Shown here: positions 1 to 9,231 of the stretch, piece after piece | Numbering within the stretch: the stretch's first letter is position 1 | Layout of the letters: each line of letters opens with the position of its first letter | DNA from: Myxococcales bacterium | Lineage (GTDB): Bacteria; Myxococcota_A; Polyangia; Haliangiales; Haliangiaceae | Direction of reading: 5' to 3' | DNA length: 64,000 nt | NCBI GenBank assembly: GCA_016708565.1 | Contig: JADJFN010000037.1 | Span: 1-64,000 of the forward strand | Program-made: the position numbers and the translations under genes | Notes under the pieces: generated by a model | Database searches by the model: none | What the model was told of the DNA's origin: nothing | Seen by the model: only the letters and a program-made list of their open reading frames with translations

Positions 1-1932
1 CGAACACCGCGTCGGCGCGGTGCTGGTGGGGGAAGATGTGGCGGCGCTCGCCGGCGCGCACGCTGGGCCAGCGGGCGATGCTGGCCGCGGCGTCGTGCCC
101 GCGGCTGTGGCGATCGCGGACGATCCGGCGCAGCAGGCGCACGTCGGAGGTGTGCACCCGTGACAGCCGATCGAACGGCAGCTGGGTCAGCGGGCAGACG
201 AACACCGCGAACACCGCGCCCGGCGGCACCAGCTCGGCCAGCCGTGGGTTGAGGCCGTGGATGCCCTCGGCCAGCAGCACGTCGTGGTCGCCGAGCCGCA
301 CCGTGCGGCCGGAGTTGCGCACGCTCGCGCCGCGGCGGAAGTCGTAACGCGGCAGCTCGACCTCCTCGCCGCCGCACAGCCGGCCCAGGTGATCGGTCAA
401 CAGCTCGACCTCGAGCGCGTCGAACGCCTCGAAGTCGTACTCGCCCGACGCGTCGCGCGGCGTGCGCTCGCGATCGACGTAGTAGTCGTCGAGCGACAGC
501 TCGTAGGGCGTCGCGCCGAGCACCTGCAGCTGGGTGCGCAGCCGCTTGATGAACGTGGTCTTGCCCGACGACGACGGGCCGGCGATCGCCACCAGCCGCG
601 CGCCGCTGTGGCGGATCTGGTCGGCGATCTCCGACACCCGGCGCTCGTGGTAGCCCTCGGCGACGCGGATCAGGTCCGACACCTTGCCGCCGACGCACAG
701 CCGGTTGAACGCGCCGACGCTGTCGACGCCGAGCACGTCGAGCCAGCGCTCCTGGACGCTGGTCATGCGCTGCAGGATCGCCCGGGTCCGCCGCAGCTCG
801 TCGTCGTCGACCGGCCGCGCCGCGCTGACCGGCGGGTACACCAGCAAGAGCTCGCCGTCCTCGGGCAAGACCCGCGCGCCGCCCAGCGCGCCGGCCGACG
901 GCCCGACCGGATCGAGCGCCAGCGCGTGGACCTGGCCGAAGGTCGACACCGGCACCAGCGGCCCCAGCCAGGTCTCCAGGAGCGCGCTGACCTCGGGCCA
1001 GCCGGCGTCGGTGAAGTACTCGCGGGCCTCGTCGACGTACCACAGCTCCTCGCGCACCGGCAGATCGGCGGCGACCAGCGCCGCCAGCTCGCGCTCGAGC
1101 CGCGCCGCCAGCGCCGGCAGCTCGTCCTTGACCCGCCCGCGCACCCGCACGCGCTGGCCGAAGCCCAGCGAGTGGCCGAACGCCAGCTCGACGATCGGGT
1201 CGACCCGGCGGGCGGCCTCGAGCAACAGCAACGCGAGGCCGCGGCGGTGGATCCGCTCGCCATCGGCGGTGGCCGGCGTGATCGCCGCGACCGTGCACGG
1301 CGACGTGACCCGCTCGCCGAGCGACACCGGGCGCCGGTCGATCAGCGCCGCGACCACCGGCAGGTCGCCGACCGTCGCCGGCAGGAGCGACCCCACCGCG
1401 ACGCCGGTCGGCACGTCCTTGCGGTGGCCGAGCACGGTCACCTGCAGGCGCGCGCGCCGCGGCAGCGACCGCTCGCGCAGCAGCGCGCCGAGGCTGTCGG
1501 ACACGTCGGTCAGCCGCGTGCGCAGGCCGGCGACGAACCGCTCGGTCAGGCGCAGCGCCACCGCCGGGTGGGCCGCGGCCAGCGCGCGGTACGCGTCGAG
1601 CGCCAGGGTCGCCACCAGGAGCGGCGCGGTCGCGGTCACCGTCGCCGCCCGCGGCGCCTCGACCAGCAGGCCCAGCTCGCCGAAGTACTCGCCGGGTAGC
1701 ATCCGCGCCACCACCACGCCGCCGCGGCTGGCCTCGGCCTCGCCCTCGAGCACCAGGTACAGCGTGCGGTCGCGGCCGCCCTCCTGCACCACCACCACGT
1801 CCTCGGCGAACGCCTCGCAGGTCAGGCGCTCGGTGAGCGCGTCGATCTGCTCGGGGGTCAGCCCCTCGGTCAGCTCGCCACCGGCGCGGCGCAGCTCGTC
1901 GCGTGAGATCGGCACCCGATCTGATCCTCGCA
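1..1932 (-). CDS. Nucleoside (uridine) kinase family protein with N-terminal cyclic-nucleotide-binding domain; 3' end lies beyond the window start
   Basis: Hand translation of the minus strand from a GTG near 1932 (or 1914) gives a cNMP-binding-like N-terminus (LPGEYFGELGLLVEAPRAATV). It continues to a P-loop kinase (IAGPSSSGKTTFIKRL ... DDYY ... PRYDFRRG). There is no stop before position 1. The +257..1699 track ORF is its antisense shadow. Confidence 0.7.
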
Positions 1933-1969
1933 CGGCGCGGGCGGTGGCGTAACTGTTCGGCCGCGGTCT

Positions 1970-2668
1970 TCAGCGCGTGCAGCTGGGCAGCGGCGCGCTG
2001 GCCACGACCAGATCGTCGACCAGCACGGTGGTGCCGTTGGCGGCCTCGGTGGCGACGTACGACAGGCCGATCTCGACGTCGCCGAACGCGCCGTCCGGGC
2101 GGGTGTCGATCGCGGTGCGATCGGTGACCAGCGCGCCGTCGGCGCGGACGATGACCCGGCCGCCGGTGTCCGAGGCGACCAGCTCGAGCTCGACGCACAC
2201 CCAGCGGTCGCGCGGCATCGGCGTCGGGTAGTCGAAGACGTTGGCGGTCGAGACGCCGACGCCCAGGTTGCCGGCGGCGATCTCGACGTTGGTGCCGGCG
2301 AACGGCGCGACCGCCTCGCCCAGGTGCAAGATCGACATGCCGGTGGCGTCGGCGCCGGTCGGCAGGTTGAGGTGGAACTTCGCGTAGTAGCGATCGCTCG
2401 CGCCCAGGCTGCGGGCGCGCACCGCCTTGCCGCCGCCGACCGCGACCGTGGCGTGCAGCGACTTCATGCCGCCGCTGGCGTCGCTATCGTCGAGCACCAC
2501 CACGCCGCCGTCGACCAACGTGGTCCACGCCGGATCCTCGGCCTCGAAGGTGTTGCACGCGAGCAGCCCCTCGACCGCCCCGCAGTCGAGGACGTCCTCG
2601 GGCTCGGTGATGCTGCCGCACGCGGCGACGAACAGCCCGCTCACGGCGGCGATGGCGACCTGGCGCAT
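1970..2668 (-). CDS. Secreted hypothetical protein (signal peptide, possible lipoprotein)
   Basis: N-terminal MRQVAIAAVSGLFVAACGS signal/lipobox; regular codon usage; no recognisable catalytic motif. Confidence 0.5.
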   Translation of the reverse strand: MRQVAIAAVSGLFVAACGSITEPEDVLDCGAVEGLLACNTFEAEDPAWTTLVDGGVVVLDDSDASGGMKSLHATVAVGGGKAVRARSLGASDRYYAKFHLNLPTGADATGMSILHLGEAVAPFAGTNVEIAAGNLGVGVSTANVFDYPTPMPRDRWVCVELELVASDTGGRVIVRADGALVTDRTAIDTRPDGAFGDVEIGLSYVATEAANGTTVLVDDLVVASAPLPSCTR

Positions 2669-2718
2669 CCGGCGATGCTAGCGCGGAAACCGCTGCCCAC
2701 GCGGCCACGTGCCCGCGG

Positions 2719-4668
2719 TCACGGCGTCAGCTGCGCGGGGTCGCCGTTGGCGCCGGCGAGTCGCTCCAGATCGGCGTGAGGCGCCAGCGCGGCCAGGGCG
2801 AACAGGTCGAGGGTCGCGGCGACGTCCCCGGTACCGGCCCGGCCGAGCAGCGGCGCCAGCCGCGACATCGCCAGCGCGGTCGCGGCCGTGCCGGCGCGGA
2901 CCGCGAGCGGCGCGGCGGCGCGGAGCCCCTGCAGCAGCGTCGCGTCGAGGAAGTCGTGCCAGGCCCGCCGCACCGGTCGCAGCGGGTCGTCGCCGGGGTC
3001 GCCGGGCGCGTCGTGCGGACCATCGGCGGCGGGCGCGTCGGGCGCGGCGGCGCGGGGCGGCGCGACGTCGAGGACGACCAGCCGGGTCGTGACGACGGCC
3101 AGCGGTCGCATGCGCCAGCCAGCGGCCCGGGCCTCGAGGACACCGGCGACGAAGCGTGGCGTGGCGGCCAGGGCCGCGGCCAGCGCGTCGACCGCGCCCG
3201 GGCACACCGCCTCGAAGTCGCAGCACAACGTCAGCGGGTTGTCGGCGGCGTCGTGCACCACCGCGATCAGCTCGAGCCCGTCGGCGCTCACCGCGACCCG
3301 CGCGACGCGCGCGATCGCCACCACCGCCACGCCGTGGCCGATCAAGCGCGGGGCCACCACCGCGGGCGGCCCCGCGGCGAGCCGGCGGGCGTGGGCGCGC
3401 AGGTCGCGCACCAGGATCGGCTCGGGCAACGCGTCCCAGCCGCCGCCCGCCGGGAGCAGCGTCGACTGCATGCTGCGCGACGCGCCGAGATCGAGCGCCC
3501 CGTTGGCCTTGCGCCGCGCCGCCCGGGTCACCAGCTCGCCCTGCACCAGCTCGGTGATCGACATCCGGCTCGACGCGAACAGCCTGCCGAGCTCGGGGCC
3601 GTTGCGGCGCTCGCCGCTCCACGCCTTGGCCAGCACCAGCACGGTCGCGGTGTCGGGATCGACGAAGTACAGCGACGCCAGCCGGCGATCATCGTCGGCG
3701 ACCAAGCGACAGCCCAACGCCACCAGCCGCACCTTCTCCATCGCGACGTCGGCTGGCGCGTCGCTGCCCAGCACCCACGCCGGCCGCAGCTCGGGCACGT
3801 CAGCCGCCGCGGCGCGCGCCCGCACCAGCAGCTCGCCGACCAGCGCGGTCAGCGTCGCGGCGCGGAAGCTGGCCTTCGCGGCGGCCAAGCGGTCGACCTC
3901 GCGCTCGTAGTCCTCGCAGGCGTCGGCGATCCACGCCCACCGCTCGCGCACCGCCAGCGCGCGCAGCGCCTCGGTCCGCTCGGCGGCGCCCGGCGCGGTC
4001 ACGCCGAACTGGCAGATCTGCGCGGCCCACTGCTCGACCGCGTCGCGCGCGGTCACGCCAGCTCGAGCCGCCCCCTCGGTGGCGGCGCCGCCGCCGAACA
4101 CCGCCAAGCCACCGTCGGGGCGCTGGCGGAACCCGCGCACGGCCAGGACGACGTGTTCGCACGCGGCGCCCTTGCTGCAGTCGCACTTGGCGAAGGGCAG
4201 CGACCCCGGCACCAGGAACTGCACGGTGGCCATCGGCAAGCGAGCCACTGGCGCAGCCCCGGCCTCGACGGTGATGGTCAGCCCGGCGGCGGCCAGGCGG
4301 TCCGCGATGGCGACGCCGGCGCCGCAGGTCGCGGCCACCTCGGCGTCGTTGAACGCCCCGGGATCCCACGCGGTCGCCGCCGCCGCGGTGCTGCCGAACT
4401 GCCGCTGGTAGGCGAGCACCGCGGTCAGCCGGTGCCGACACACCGTCGCGGCGCCGCAGGTGCACGGCGCCGCGGCCAGGGTCGCTCGCGGCGGCAAGCG
4501 GGTGGTCGCGCCGTCCTTGCTGACCGCGACCACCGTGCCGTCGGCGTCGACGGTGAGGTCGGTCACCGCGCCGGCCTCGGCGTCCTTCAGCGCGCGCTTG
4601 ACCAGGCCGACGTTGGCCAGGCGGGTGAGCGCGTCGGTCGTGAGCGCCAGCAGATCGGCGCGCGTCAC
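2719..4668 (-). CDS. SWIM zinc-finger family protein (last gene of MoxR/VWA/DUF5682/WGR operon)
   Basis: CxCxnCxH SWIM-like motifs (PCTCGAATVCRHRLTAV; CDCSKGAACEHVVLAV). Its start overlaps the upstream VWA gene stop by 4 nt. Confidence 0.8.
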   Translation of the reverse strand: MTRADLLALTTDALTRLANVGLVKRALKDAEAGAVTDLTVDADGTVVAVSKDGATTRLPPRATLAAAPCTCGAATVCRHRLTAVLAYQRQFGSTAAAATAWDPGAFNDAEVAATCGAGVAIADRLAAAGLTITVEAGAAPVARLPMATVQFLVPGSLPFAKCDCSKGAACEHVVLAVRGFRQRPDGGLAVFGGGAATEGAARAGVTARDAVEQWAAQICQFGVTAPGAAERTEALRALAVRERWAWIADACEDYEREVDRLAAAKASFRAATLTALVGELLVRARAAAADVPELRPAWVLGSDAPADVAMEKVRLVALGCRLVADDDRRLASLYFVDPDTATVLVLAKAWSGERRNGPELGRLFASSRMSITELVQGELVTRAARRKANGALDLGASRSMQSTLLPAGGGWDALPEPILVRDLRAHARRLAAGPPAVVAPRLIGHGVAVVAIARVARVAVSADGLELIAVVHDAADNPLTLCCDFEAVCPGAVDALAAALAATPRFVAGVLEARAAGWRMRPLAVVTTRLVVLDVAPPRAAAPDAPAADGPHDAPGDPGDDPLRPVRRAWHDFLDATLLQGLRAAAPLAVRAGTAATALAMSRLAPLLGRAGTGDVAATLDLFALAALAPHADLERLAGANGDPAQLTP

Positions 4669-5777
4669 TTCACGACCCCCTTCAGGTACTCGACGAGCTG
4701 GAACGGCGTCATCGCGCCGACCGACGCGCCGGCACGCACCATGCGCTGGCCCAGCTCACGATCGTAGGTCGGCGTCGCGGTCGCGTCGAGCGCGGCCAGG
4801 GTCACGAACCGCACGCCCTGGGCCACCAGCCGGCGCGTGGTGCGGACCAGATCGTCGGGGCTGCCGCCCTCGTAGAGGTCGGTGATCAGCACGATCATCG
4901 TCCGCGCCGGGTTCTCGACCAGGCCCTCGGCGTAGCGCACCGCGCGGGCGATGTCGGTGCCGCCGCCGAGCTGCACCTTCATCAGCGTCTCGACCGGGTC
5001 GGCGAGGTGCGTGCTCAGGTCGACGACCTCGGTGTCGAACGCGATCAGGTGGAGCTTGATCGCCGGCAGGCCGCACAGGCACGCGGCGGTGACCGCGGCG
5101 TGGATCACCGAGCCCACCATGCTGCCCGACTGGTCGACCGCGACGATGATCTGCCACTGCTCGCCGTGGCGGCGTTGCCGGCTCCAGAACAGCGGCCGCT
5201 CGATCACCAGCTGGCGCCGCGCCGGCACCCAGTGGCCGAGGTTGGCGCGGATGGTGCCGCGCGGGTCGAAGTTGCGCATCGTGCGGTGCGACGAGCGCCG
5301 CCGCTGGCGACTGCCGGCGAAGGTCGAGCGCACCTGGGTGGCCAGCGCCTCGATCAGCCGCGCCACCACCTTGCGCACCAGCTCGCGCGCCAGCCCCAGC
5401 ACCTCGGCGCTCATCAGGTGCTTGGTCAGGAGCACCGCGCGCAGCAGCGTCTCCGACGGCTCGATGCGCGCCAGCACGTCCTTGTTGGTCACCACCTCGT
5501 GCAGCCCGAACTCCTCGACGGCGTCGCGCTCGAGGCGCTCGATGGTCTCGCGCGGGAACAGCGCGTGGATCTGGTTGATCCACTCGGGCACCGCCAGCGT
5601 CGACGGCGATAGATCGGCGCCGCGCTCGTCGCGCTCGCCGAGCGCCGCGTCGCGACCGTACAGCCAGTCGAGCGCCGCGTCGCGCGCCAGGTCGGACGCG
5701 TCGACGCCGCCCGGGCCGTCGAGCTCGGCGGCCGCGGCCTTGCCCAGCACCAGCCGCCACCGCACCAGCGGGTTCAC
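4665..5777 (-). CDS. von Willebrand factor A (VWA) domain protein, MoxR-associated
   Basis: MIDAS motif VAVDQSGSM followed by a T...D pattern (GGGTDIARAV; LITDLYEGG). 4-nt overlaps with both neighbours. Confidence 0.85.
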   Translation of the reverse strand: MNPLVRWRLVLGKAAAAELDGPGGVDASDLARDAALDWLYGRDAALGERDERGADLSPSTLAVPEWINQIHALFPRETIERLERDAVEEFGLHEVVTNKDVLARIEPSETLLRAVLLTKHLMSAEVLGLARELVRKVVARLIEALATQVRSTFAGSRQRRRSSHRTMRNFDPRGTIRANLGHWVPARRQLVIERPLFWSRQRRHGEQWQIIVAVDQSGSMVGSVIHAAVTAACLCGLPAIKLHLIAFDTEVVDLSTHLADPVETLMKVQLGGGTDIARAVRYAEGLVENPARTMIVLITDLYEGGSPDDLVRTTRRLVAQGVRFVTLAALDATATPTYDRELGQRMVRAGASVGAMTPFQLVEYLKGVVK

Positions 5778-8089
5778 GGCGCCACCCCCACGGCACCGAC
5801 CCGCGCCGCGACCGCCACCAGCGCGGCCTCGAACGCGACGCCCGCGGCGACCGCGGCCGGCTCGGCGGTGGCGGCCAGCACGGTGCCCGCGTCGCGATCA
5901 CCGACCAGCGCGCGGGCGATGCCGCGGCGCTCCTGCGGCGTGAACTGCGCGAACGCGCGGCGCAGCTGCGGCAAGGCGATCAGGAACTCGCCGTCACCGG
6001 CGTCGCGCAGCCGCGCATCGACGGCCCCGAGGATCGGCGAGGTCGCGAACTCGTGGCGAGCCAGCGCGATCACGCCGCCGAGGAAGTCTCCCAGCGCCGC
6101 CAGCGGCAGCGCCGGCACCAGCGCGTCGGCCCGCGCCGCCACCGCGACCGCGCCGTCGGCGTCGGCCCGCGACCACAGCGCGCCCAGCGCGGCGCCGCGC
6201 ACCGCCGGTGGCGCGTCGGCGGCCTCGACCCGGCGGTGCAGCGCCGCGTCGACGCGCTCGGCGACCAGCGCGTGGTCGGGCAGCTCGAACTCGAGCGCCG
6301 CCCGGATCGCGACGACGCCGTCGACCACCGCCGCGTCGAGGGCCGCGGTCGGCCCGGTCAGCCCCTCGAGCAGCCACAGCGCGCGGTCGAGCACCTGCCC
6401 GAGCAGCCCGGCCAGGCCGCGCGCCGGGTCGGCGACGTGCAGCGCCGCCAGCCGCGCCAGCGCCGCGCCCGCGGCGGCGAACAGCGGCTCGCGCGCGATG
6501 GCGTCGGCCGCGCGCTCGCGGAGCTGGTCGACCACCGCGCCGTAGCCGGCGTGCAGCGCGTCCTCCATCGCCGCCGCGAGCTCGGCGACGCCGGTCAGCT
6601 CCTGCAGGTGGCGGTACACCCGCGCCAGCGCCGCCGCGGCCAGCGTCGCGCCCCACACCGCGCACTCGATGATCGCGCCGGCGGTGCGGTCGTCCTCGAC
6701 CAGCTGCCACACCTCGACCGGCTGGGTGCGGCCGCGCCGCAGGTCGGCGCGCTGCACGCGCTGCACGCCAGGGACACCCAGCCAGCGCAGCCGGTACAGC
6801 ACGCGGCGCCGCGCCGCCGCGTCGGGCGCGAAGATGTCGATGCGGATCGGCGTCGGGGTCTGGGTGAACGCCAGCCCGACCGCGGCCAGCTCGGCGGCCA
6901 GGTCGGCGACCAGCGGCGGCTGCGGCGTGCCCGGCGCCAGCGCGCCCGCGCGATCGCCCGAGAACGCCGCGACGATCTCGACCAGGTACGGATCGGTGCC
7001 GCGGGCCAGCACCGTGCGCGCCGACCACGGCACCGGCGTCCGCAGCGCGTCCTTGATCAGCGCCGCGGCCAGCCCGTCGAGCACGTCGCAGCGGGTCGGC
7101 GCCGCGTGGCCGCGCAGCCGGGCCAGTCCGTGGCTCAGCTCGACGGCGGCGATCGCGTCGGCGGTCGACACCCGCTGGCCGCGGCCGCGCAGCCGCGTCA
7201 CCGCCGCCATCGCCATGGTCTCCGGCGCGCCGGCCGGGTCGTCCCACAGCGCCTGGTAGAACGCCGGCGACGGCATGCCCGAGGCGTAGCCGGTGAAGCT
7301 GTCGAGGCGGAAGAACGAGAACGGCACCAGGTAGCTGCCGGTGCGCGCCAGCGCGGGCGGCGGCGGCTCGACGCGCGGCGGCGCCGGCGGAGGGGGGCGA
7401 CCCGCGACCAGCCGCTCGAGCGCCGCTTGATGGAAGCCGCCGCACACCACGACCACGGCGCCGCCGCCGCCAGCGTCGGCCTCGGCCAGCGCCCAGGCGA
7501 TGCCGTCAGCCATGAAGTCCTCGCGCGCGCGATCGGCCTCGCTGGCCACCTGCTCACCGCGCAGCGCGGCGAAGTACGCGCCCAGCCGCGCGCCCAGCGT
7601 CGCGTCGTCGCCGGGCTGCTCGAACAGGTGATCCCACAGCGCGTCGGTCGAGTCGAAGCCGTGGCGGTGCGCGGCGTCGCGCAAGGCCGCGCCGACCTGG
7701 TGGTCGCGGTCGCCGTAGCGGTTGGCCATCGTCGCGAACGCCGGGTGCCAGCCGGGCAGATCGATGAACGCGACCCGCGCGCCGATCGCCGCGCCGTCGT
7801 GGAGCGCCACCCACTCCGGCGAGTACGCGCAGAACGGCGACCACCCGGCCTGGGCGACCACGCCGCTGCCGGCCACGGCGTCGGGATCGCCGTCGTGGGC
7901 CGGCAGGCAGTAGCTGTAGATCGCCACCGGCAGCTGGTGCGGCAGCGCCAGCTCGGCGAGCCGCGGCGTCATGTCGCTCGGCCCCTCGATCAGGACCGCC
8001 GCCGGCCGCTCCTCGGCGATCACCGCGCGCACCAGCCGGGCACAGGCCGGGCTGTGGTGACGCACACCGACGACGCGCAGCCGGGCCAT
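5774..8089 (-). CDS. DUF5682 family protein
   Basis: Start MARLRVVGVRHHSPACARLV, typical of the DUF5682 N-terminus, at M244 of the long track ORF. The upstream 243 codons overlap the MoxR gene and are a read-through artefact. The ATG lies 2 nt after the MoxR stop. Confidence 0.8.
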   Translation of the reverse strand: MARLRVVGVRHHSPACARLVRAVIAEERPAAVLIEGPSDMTPRLAELALPHQLPVAIYSYCLPAHDGDPDAVAGSGVVAQAGWSPFCAYSPEWVALHDGAAIGARVAFIDLPGWHPAFATMANRYGDRDHQVGAALRDAAHRHGFDSTDALWDHLFEQPGDDATLGARLGAYFAALRGEQVASEADRAREDFMADGIAWALAEADAGGGGAVVVVCGGFHQAALERLVAGRPPPPAPPRVEPPPPALARTGSYLVPFSFFRLDSFTGYASGMPSPAFYQALWDDPAGAPETMAMAAVTRLRGRGQRVSTADAIAAVELSHGLARLRGHAAPTRCDVLDGLAAALIKDALRTPVPWSARTVLARGTDPYLVEIVAAFSGDRAGALAPGTPQPPLVADLAAELAAVGLAFTQTPTPIRIDIFAPDAAARRRVLYRLRWLGVPGVQRVQRADLRRGRTQPVEVWQLVEDDRTAGAIIECAVWGATLAAAALARVYRHLQELTGVAELAAAMEDALHAGYGAVVDQLRERAADAIAREPLFAAAGAALARLAALHVADPARGLAGLLGQVLDRALWLLEGLTGPTAALDAAVVDGVVAIRAALEFELPDHALVAERVDAALHRRVEAADAPPAVRGAALGALWSRADADGAVAVAARADALVPALPLAALGDFLGGVIALARHEFATSPILGAVDARLRDAGDGEFLIALPQLRRAFAQFTPQERRGIARALVGDRDAGTVLAATAEPAAVAAGVAFEAALVAVAARVGAVGVAP

Positions 8090-8091
8090 GA

Positions 8092-9231
8092 TCAGGCGGG
8101 CAGCGCGTGGCGCGCCGCGTAGAAGTCCTGCCAGTGCTGGCCCTTGCGCTTGGCCACCCGCTGCTCGAAGTAGCGCCGCAAGAGCGCCACGTCGTTCTTG
8201 TCGGTCTTGATCGCGGCGCCGACCAGGCACTCGACCAGATCGGCCGGCGTCGCCGGCGCGCCCTGCAGGTAGTGGCTGCGCAGGCTCACCGCCTGGGCCA
8301 CCGACACCGCCTCGGCGGTCGACATCGCCGTCGACAGCCGCTCGATCGCCTGGCCGTCCTCGGTGCGGCCGTCGCGCAGCTCGCGGAAGGTGGTGACCAG
8401 CAGCTCGAGGATCTGTTCGCCGGGCATCGTCGGCACGCCGCTCCGCTCTAGGTGGCGCTGGGTCTCGCTCCGCACCAGCGCCAGCTCGACCGCGTAGTCG
8501 GCGATCGGGAACACGGTCTCGAAGTTGAAGCGGCGCTTGAGCGCGGCGCTCATCTCGTTGACGCCGAGGTCGCGGGTGTTGGCGGTGGCGATGACGTTGA
8601 ACCCGACCTTGGCGAACAGCTGCTTGCCGTCCTCGAGCTCGGGGATCGCCATCACCCGATCCGACAGCGCGGCCAGGAGCAGGTCCTGGACCTCGAGCGG
8701 GCACCGCGTGATCTCCTCGAACCGCACGATCGTGCCGTCGCGCATGCCCTGGTACAGCGGCGCCGGCACCAGCGATCGCAGCGTCGGCCCCTCGGCCAGG
8801 AGCAGCGCGTAGTTCCACGAGTACTTGATCTGATCCTCGCTGGTGCCGGCGCTGCCCTGGATGGTCAGCGTCGACTGCCCGCAGATCGCCGCCGCCAGCA
8901 GCTCGGACAGGAGCGACTTCGCGGTGCCCGGCTCGCCGATCAGCATGAGGCCGCGGTTCGACGACAGCGCGATCATCGCGCGGTCGACCAGCGACGGGTG
9001 GCCGACGAACTTCTTGCGGATGCCGCGCGCCTCGTCGCCGAGGATGAACGTGCGCGCCGCGCGCGGCGACAGCCGCCAGCCCGGCGGGCGCGGGAAGGTG
9101 TCGCTGGCGCGCAGCGCCTCCAGCTCGGCGGCGTACAGCACCTCGGCCGGCGGCCGCTGGGTCTCGGTGGCCGGCCCGGGCTCGGCGGCGGTCGACGCGG
9201 CGGCCGTCGCGGGCTTGCTCGGCTTCTTCAC
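8092..9231 (-). CDS. MoxR-type AAA+ ATPase
   Basis: Walker A GEPGTAKS, Walker B/sensor region, MoxR-like C-terminus. Chosen start is a GTG whose GTGA overlaps the TGA stop of the upstream WGR gene (GTCGTGAAG), not the track M at 9330. Confidence 0.9.
   Translation of the reverse strand: MKKPSKPATAAASTAAEPGPATETQRPPAEVLYAAELEALRASDTFPRPPGWRLSPRAARTFILGDEARGIRKKFVGHPSLVDRAMIALSSNRGLMLIGEPGTAKSLLSELLAAAICGQSTLTIQGSAGTSEDQIKYSWNYALLLAEGPTLRSLVPAPLYQGMRDGTIVRFEEITRCPLEVQDLLLAALSDRVMAIPELEDGKQLFAKVGFNVIATANTRDLGVNEMSAALKRRFNFETVFPIADYAVELALVRSETQRHLERSGVPTMPGEQILELLVTTFRELRDGRTEDGQAIERLSTAMSTAEAVSVAQAVSLRSHYLQGAPATPADLVECLVGAAIKTDKNDVALLRRYFEQRVAKRKGQHWQDFYAARHALPA

Noticed and set aside
257-1699. 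480-aa plus-strand ORF (and 684..1952 +)
   Set aside because: Arg/Ala/Gln-rich antisense shadow of the minus-strand cNMP-binding/Udk-like gene. The real gene has no stop in the window and so is absent from the track.
6053-8122. 689-aa plus-strand ORF and other R/G-rich frames across 2700-9400
   Set aside because: Shadows of the SWIM/VWA/DUF5682/MoxR genes on the opposite strand.
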